Shown piece after piece: positions 57,315-64,000 of a stretch of 64,000 nucleotides of DNA (the first letter of the stretch is position 1; the number at the start of each line of letters is the position of its first letter). Source of the DNA: Eledone cirrhosa. Lineage: Eukaryota. The position numbers were made by a program, and so were the translations under genes. The notes below the pieces were generated by a model. That model was not told the DNA's origin. It ran no database searches and was given only the letters and a program-made list of their open reading frames with translations. The stretch spans positions 340,814,001 through 340,878,000 of the forward strand of contig OZ024743.1 of the NCBI GenBank assembly GCA_964016885.1, written 5' to 3'.

Positions 57315-57644
57315 ATATTTTGGGAAGGTCATGCTGCGAATAAAAACACACGCACCTGTTAGTTTTAACTTTAATGTATTATTTATTTCCAGTTGGCTGT
57401 TTTCATCGGATTGTTGTTTATATATTGTTACAGCTCTTTCGTTACACATTCTGTGACCTTCTCAGTGACTGGGTTTTTATTTTGTGTCTCTTCTATGTCT
57501 CTTCACCATCTTCTTTTTGTGTGTTTTATTGGCAGCATGACCCTCCTAAAGAATAACAATATCTATTTCAACACACTTTTTCAGATAAGAAATCTTGCAA
57601 AACAAATTAAAAAGCGAAGTGTGTATATATATATATATATATAT

Positions 57645-57820
<176 letters not shown>

Positions 57821-60800
57821 ATGTGTATGTGTGTGTGTGCACGTTCGTTATTTAATTGAATGAGAATATTTTAAACATTTCAATGGCGGAAGACAAACAG
57901 GATTTAAGCTGAAAATTATATTTATAAATAACCGACACATAATTAACAACAAATGATTTCCAACCATATCTCCTACTTGATGAGAATTCATTGTTCAGTA
58001 GCTGATGATGAGAGCCCTAAAGTGTATACAGCATACAATTAAGAATAAATAAAATCTTAGAGATTGTCAAATTATCATTAGCTACTTATTATGAGTAAAT
58101 GTATTTTCTTTCAATTTTATTCTTTCCTTTCATAGTTTGTCGCTTCCGACAATAAAAGGCAAATTTAGAGAAAAGACAAAATCTAAAAACTATACTTGGT
58201 CTGACAACGGAAAAATTTCCTTCAATTAATGGTAATTAAATCATTTACTAAAATTTATTACATCATGGTATAAAAAAAACTATTGTGATAATGAAACGAA
58301 TTAATATTGACTTGAAAATATAAGTTGTAAACGGATATACTTAATTCAAGAAAATCTTTCTTAATTCAAGTGCATATATGTGTGTGTGAATGCGTCTACA
58401 TATATAATCGTATATAAGGCGAGCAACTCTTTTTTTATACTGTGTTGTTGAAGATACGACTGTATTCCAGTTTCAATATTTTTATTGCAATTTCATTTTG
58501 TAATACGGCATCTATAGTTCGTATGTAAAAAAATATACAGTCTCTACGTGCACCACTTTGGCAACGTGTCCAGTTCCACAGTAGGACAGTTCTTGGTGTG
58601 TTTTTTTACTGCCTCTTTTATTATAGGCATATGTATTTTACATAGTTTTATGCAGTCTAAAGATCAAATTTAAGATTGAAAATGTGATTGGGGTAACTAG
58701 GCTACATGAATGTGGCATCTAAACTGAAAGGTGATAAAACAGAAAAACACATGAGCATAACTAGACAGACACATATTCACACCGACACATATATATATAT
58801 ATGTATATATATATACATACATAATACACACACACGCACACACACATACGCACACACACACACGCACATACACACACTCAAATACAAACGTGCACATACC
58901 CGCGCATTCACGAACGCACACACATACATATTCATTTTGTTAAGGCTAAATAGTGAGTAACAAAACTCACTATTTAGCCTTAATGATGAGTTGCGTAACG
59001 TAGAGTGCTTTTCCTACTAATACATTATGGTTAAGTAAACGGAATGACCGGTTCTATCTGGTGGTCAACAACAAAACATAAATGAATGTAGTTCCTTTGT
59101 CAATCAAGCGCTTTGTGATGTAGTGGAGGACAAAGGCCCTGACACCAACTTAAACGGACTACCACCCCAGAGCAAAGCTACTTGCCAAAACCATGTCGAC
59201 TTCAAGCTGTACCACACCGTACACTGCTCCATATAGCCATATGGACTAAGGCCAATTCTGAAGGACTTTCCGAATTGTTTGATGCATCCGCATGATTTCC
59301 TCTGTTTTTCCTTGACCTTCTATATCTTGTACTGACTGACAGTTGCATCTCAGACCTTACCTTACATAATATTTGAGTTCCTTTTTATTTTTATCTTAAT
59401 TCATTTTATTTAATTGCATTGGATTTTGGGTTTCTATTATAGCTTTTATTGTATTATATATTTAAAATATAACCTGTGTACACCTTAAACTTCAAGTTAT
59501 CTTATACCTCATATGTGGTATCACATATCTCAGTAGGGTCCACGTTCCAAAAACTTCAACGAGGTATTAATTATCATTCATTCATTGCATTTCACTATGT
59601 CTTTCACTTATTTACAATCCATTAATTATATATTTAATTACCCCACCCCGATGAAATTCACTCGCTGCCTAATATTCGATATAGTTATATAATAACCACA
59701 CAGGGACATACATACTACAAAATATAAAATTTCTATATTTTCAGATTTATCTTAAAGTATATAATTATATTATATTCCATTTGGAATCTAATATTGAGCG
59801 ACATATAATTAGCGACATATAATTAGCGAAGAATTTAAATTAATTTAATTTAAATCTAATCTAATTTTAATTTTAATTTAACTTAATTTCATTATATATT
59901 TTTTTATTTCTTTAATTTTACCTTCAACTTGCATTTTTACCCATCACCCACAATTATATCACCATGTTCATTAGAATCATTGCTATTAATAGCTATCTGG
60001 TATGTGTTACATCTCCAACTGACCATCTGAAAACTCTCCGTATTACACACAAGACAACAGAATTTGTTTCCATTCCTTGAGTGCTTGGAATTAAATAATT
60101 TACCCAGCCTCAATATATAATATGCTCGGTACTGGTATATCATTTTCTGGAGCTCGCAGAGATGAGGAGAGTCAATATGGCAGTCGTTAAAGAACGCCAA
60201 ACCACGCTCCTTGTCTTTTCTTTCACAATACAAACACACATATAAGTGTGAACTAGATAAATTATTTTACCAAAACACTGGCAATAACTAATACATATTT
60301 ATATCTATATTTACCCCTAATTGATAGTTATACTTTTTATTAATGTAGTTTTTACGTAATGTATTTTTCGTAATTCAATTTTGTAAATTTACTTAACACG
60401 ACATTCAACCAAACTTTCATTACTTTTTATAAATTTTTATTACTTTTTATAATTTCTCCTAACTTGACCTCCATACAACAAGTCTCCTTTAATCTAATCT
60501 TACCCACCGTCAAACGTAGCTGGTTTTGGCCAGTATATATTCACACATAATTTATTGCCCTTTCACATCTGTGGCTGTGGTCCGGGTGGCTATCATTAAC
60601 AGCATAGCCGCATCTATAACAGCAGGATGTATGTCGCCAATACACATGCGCCATCTTAGTCCCGCCTACCAATCCACAACTCTTTGCATTGACGAGTTTG
60701 TGATTCGGAGATGGTCCGCAGCAAAAATAACATCTATTTCGCGGGTCATCTCCGAATCAAATTTTGTTCTCTACTTTCTCTGTTCTCAATTTGTGTTTGC

Positions 60801-61555
60801 TATACTACCTTTATTTATTAACAAATTATGAAATCCAAATCTGACGATGTCGCCAGGATCTTACGTAACCAGTCTATTGAAATACATATTGAGTCTTTGC
60901 AACAATAAAACTTTAAACGAACATAACCAGTCCGGGCTTCTGTTATTTTAATCGAATTAATATACATACATGATGATGGCTTCCCCCTCGTTATCGAGTA
61001 TGGCCATTGCACGATATACCATTATTAATAATTATTAATTAATTCGATCGTGCAATGCCTGTGCGCGAAGACATTTTTTAAAGTGAGGAAAGATTGTGCA
61101 CTGAGCCAATCCCACGCTCTAAACGACAGTAGCTATAATCCGAAAAGAAGAAAAGATCAACATCATCGGTAACTACTGAGCCGCAGGTTTTATATCGGAG
61201 TTATCCCAGTATCCTGAGTTGCCTTCTCCTAGAAGAATGCCTTGACAAAGGCTAGGAGTCCTTCACTCCCAGTGGTTTAACCGCGCGGTACATGTGTATA
61301 TACATATTTACACACTATATAAATATATATCTATACATATATGACTCCAGTTCCTCAGTGAATTAACAACCCAACAAGGAACTGGGCATATCAGAGTATT
61401 GACAATATTATACACCTAAACAACATATGTACTTGTCTATACCATACTAATTCAAACTGCCTGAAGAGGTCACAGCCAAAGATGGCTGTCACTGAAATAT
61501 ATATAGCAGTAATAAACGAAGCTAAATTTTAATCATTTGACTTTTATTTAACTTT

Positions 61556-62384
<829 letters not shown>

Positions 62385-62960
62385 CGTAAAATAAGAAAGT
62401 TATAAAATTAACTTACTTACTAAAATTTCACTCCCTATATACATATATAGAATGTAGAGAAGTGACATACGAGTTGATAAATATAAAAAAATAGTAAAAA
62501 AGAAGAAAAAATAGAAAATTCTATGGCGATTTTCTCTCAGAATAACATCAAAACATTTATTTACAAAATAGGAATTGCCGCATTAATTGTACCGGTTTCA
62601 GCTTGTGTGCCTTGCATATTAATAAACATAATACTATGGGGAAAAATGTGTTTTTGTATACATACTTAGGGAGAAAAGCTCACATTTTTGTCTGTGGTTT
62701 TCTTTCTTTCTCTCTTAGTGTTGACCTTAGTCTTAACAACAGTGGTAGTAGCAGGAGGGAAGAAAATGTTTTGATGTTATTCTGAGAGAAAATCCCTTTA
62801 GCATTTTCTACTGTATTCTTCTTTTTTACTATTATATATATATATATATATATATATATTTCATTTCTGAATTTGTTTAGCAGGATTCTTTATCTGAAAA
62901 CGAGTGTTGAAACCGATATTGTTATACCCTCCCAAAGTATAACAATATATATAAATATAA

Positions 62961-63000
<40 letters not shown>

Positions 63001-63474
63001 ATATTTATATATAGTACATCACAAATGTTAGAGCAAACAAAGAAGTTTTCTAAAAACAATTTATCAATGGGTTTTGAACTCAATACAAAATAACTCATAT
63101 AGGGTTTGTTGCCAGCTGAAAATCCAGTGAGTGTGGTCTCCTGAATTTGATCCGATCTTTCAATTGTACCTTCAAAGAGTTAAGAGAGGAGGATTGAATC
63201 CTCAAATTTGCATGCATTTATTCAATTTTCTGATAATTGATTTAATATAGCAACTTTTCTGTTTTAACGTTTGAAAATATTTTTGAAGTTTTCATGTAAT
63301 TTGTTTCTCTGAATTCCAGTCACTACGTTCAAACTGGTATTCCTTTGTTCAACTTCTATGGAGTGGACATCAGTTTGTTTGGCACATATGTTCAGAAATT
63401 TTAACTTTAAATGCAATGAATTACACATGGCTATATTATATTATATCATACTATATTATATTCTATTCTATTAT

Positions 63475-63538
<64 letters not shown>

Positions 63539-63826
63539 AAAAGAAATCGAAAATATATATATATATATATGTGTGTGTGTCGCCGCCTTCTAATCATTGT
63601 ACTGATGCTAGTATTATTTACTTCTTGCATTGATTTCCAGTTTGAATAATTTTGGTTTTGTCTTAATAAATGTATATCTATCTACAACTGTATCCTATAT
63701 CTATATTGATTGCTTTTAGAATATGATATCAGCTGGTAGTTTATTTATTACTTGAAATATCTTTGTAGTAAAAAGGAAACAAAACATTTCGATGTCTGGA
63801 GATTTTCGTAAACACATGCATACCCA

Positions 63827-63905
<79 letters not shown>

Positions 63906-64000
63906 GATATATACAATTTTGCCGTTACTGAATTCTCAGAAACAAATATTGGAGAAAATTGGAAGTAAACATCCAATATAAATATATATATTATGCTGAT

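Noticed and set aside
63060-63410. Possible CR1 3' remnant
   Set aside because: Too degenerate to support by eye.

Overview
Repeat-saturated eukaryotic non-coding DNA with no recognisable host gene. It is AT-rich with dense (AT)n, (CA)n, (GA)n, (TAA)n and (ATGT)n arrays, and the SINE and microsatellite content looks like an octopod cephalopod (by recall, not searched). It holds remnants of RTE, Rex3/Expander, CR1, R4/Dong and HERO-like LINEs, a deleted Helitron, tRNA-derived SINEs and three Penelope-like element (PLE) coding remnants. One PLE remnant is a GIY-YIG frame at 1072-1790 that the ORF track missed. The most striking signal is about 18 intact-core and about 10 degenerate or truncated minimal type I hammerhead ribozyme (HHR) motifs. 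They come from at least 8 distinct short non-coding families that sit in (AT)n arrays as tandem and fold-back repeats. The clearest case is a near-identical 310-bp HHR unit with three tandem copies plus a spacerless inverted arm, resembling a retrozyme or non-autonomous PLE. All structures were folded by eye and none is computationally or experimentally verified.
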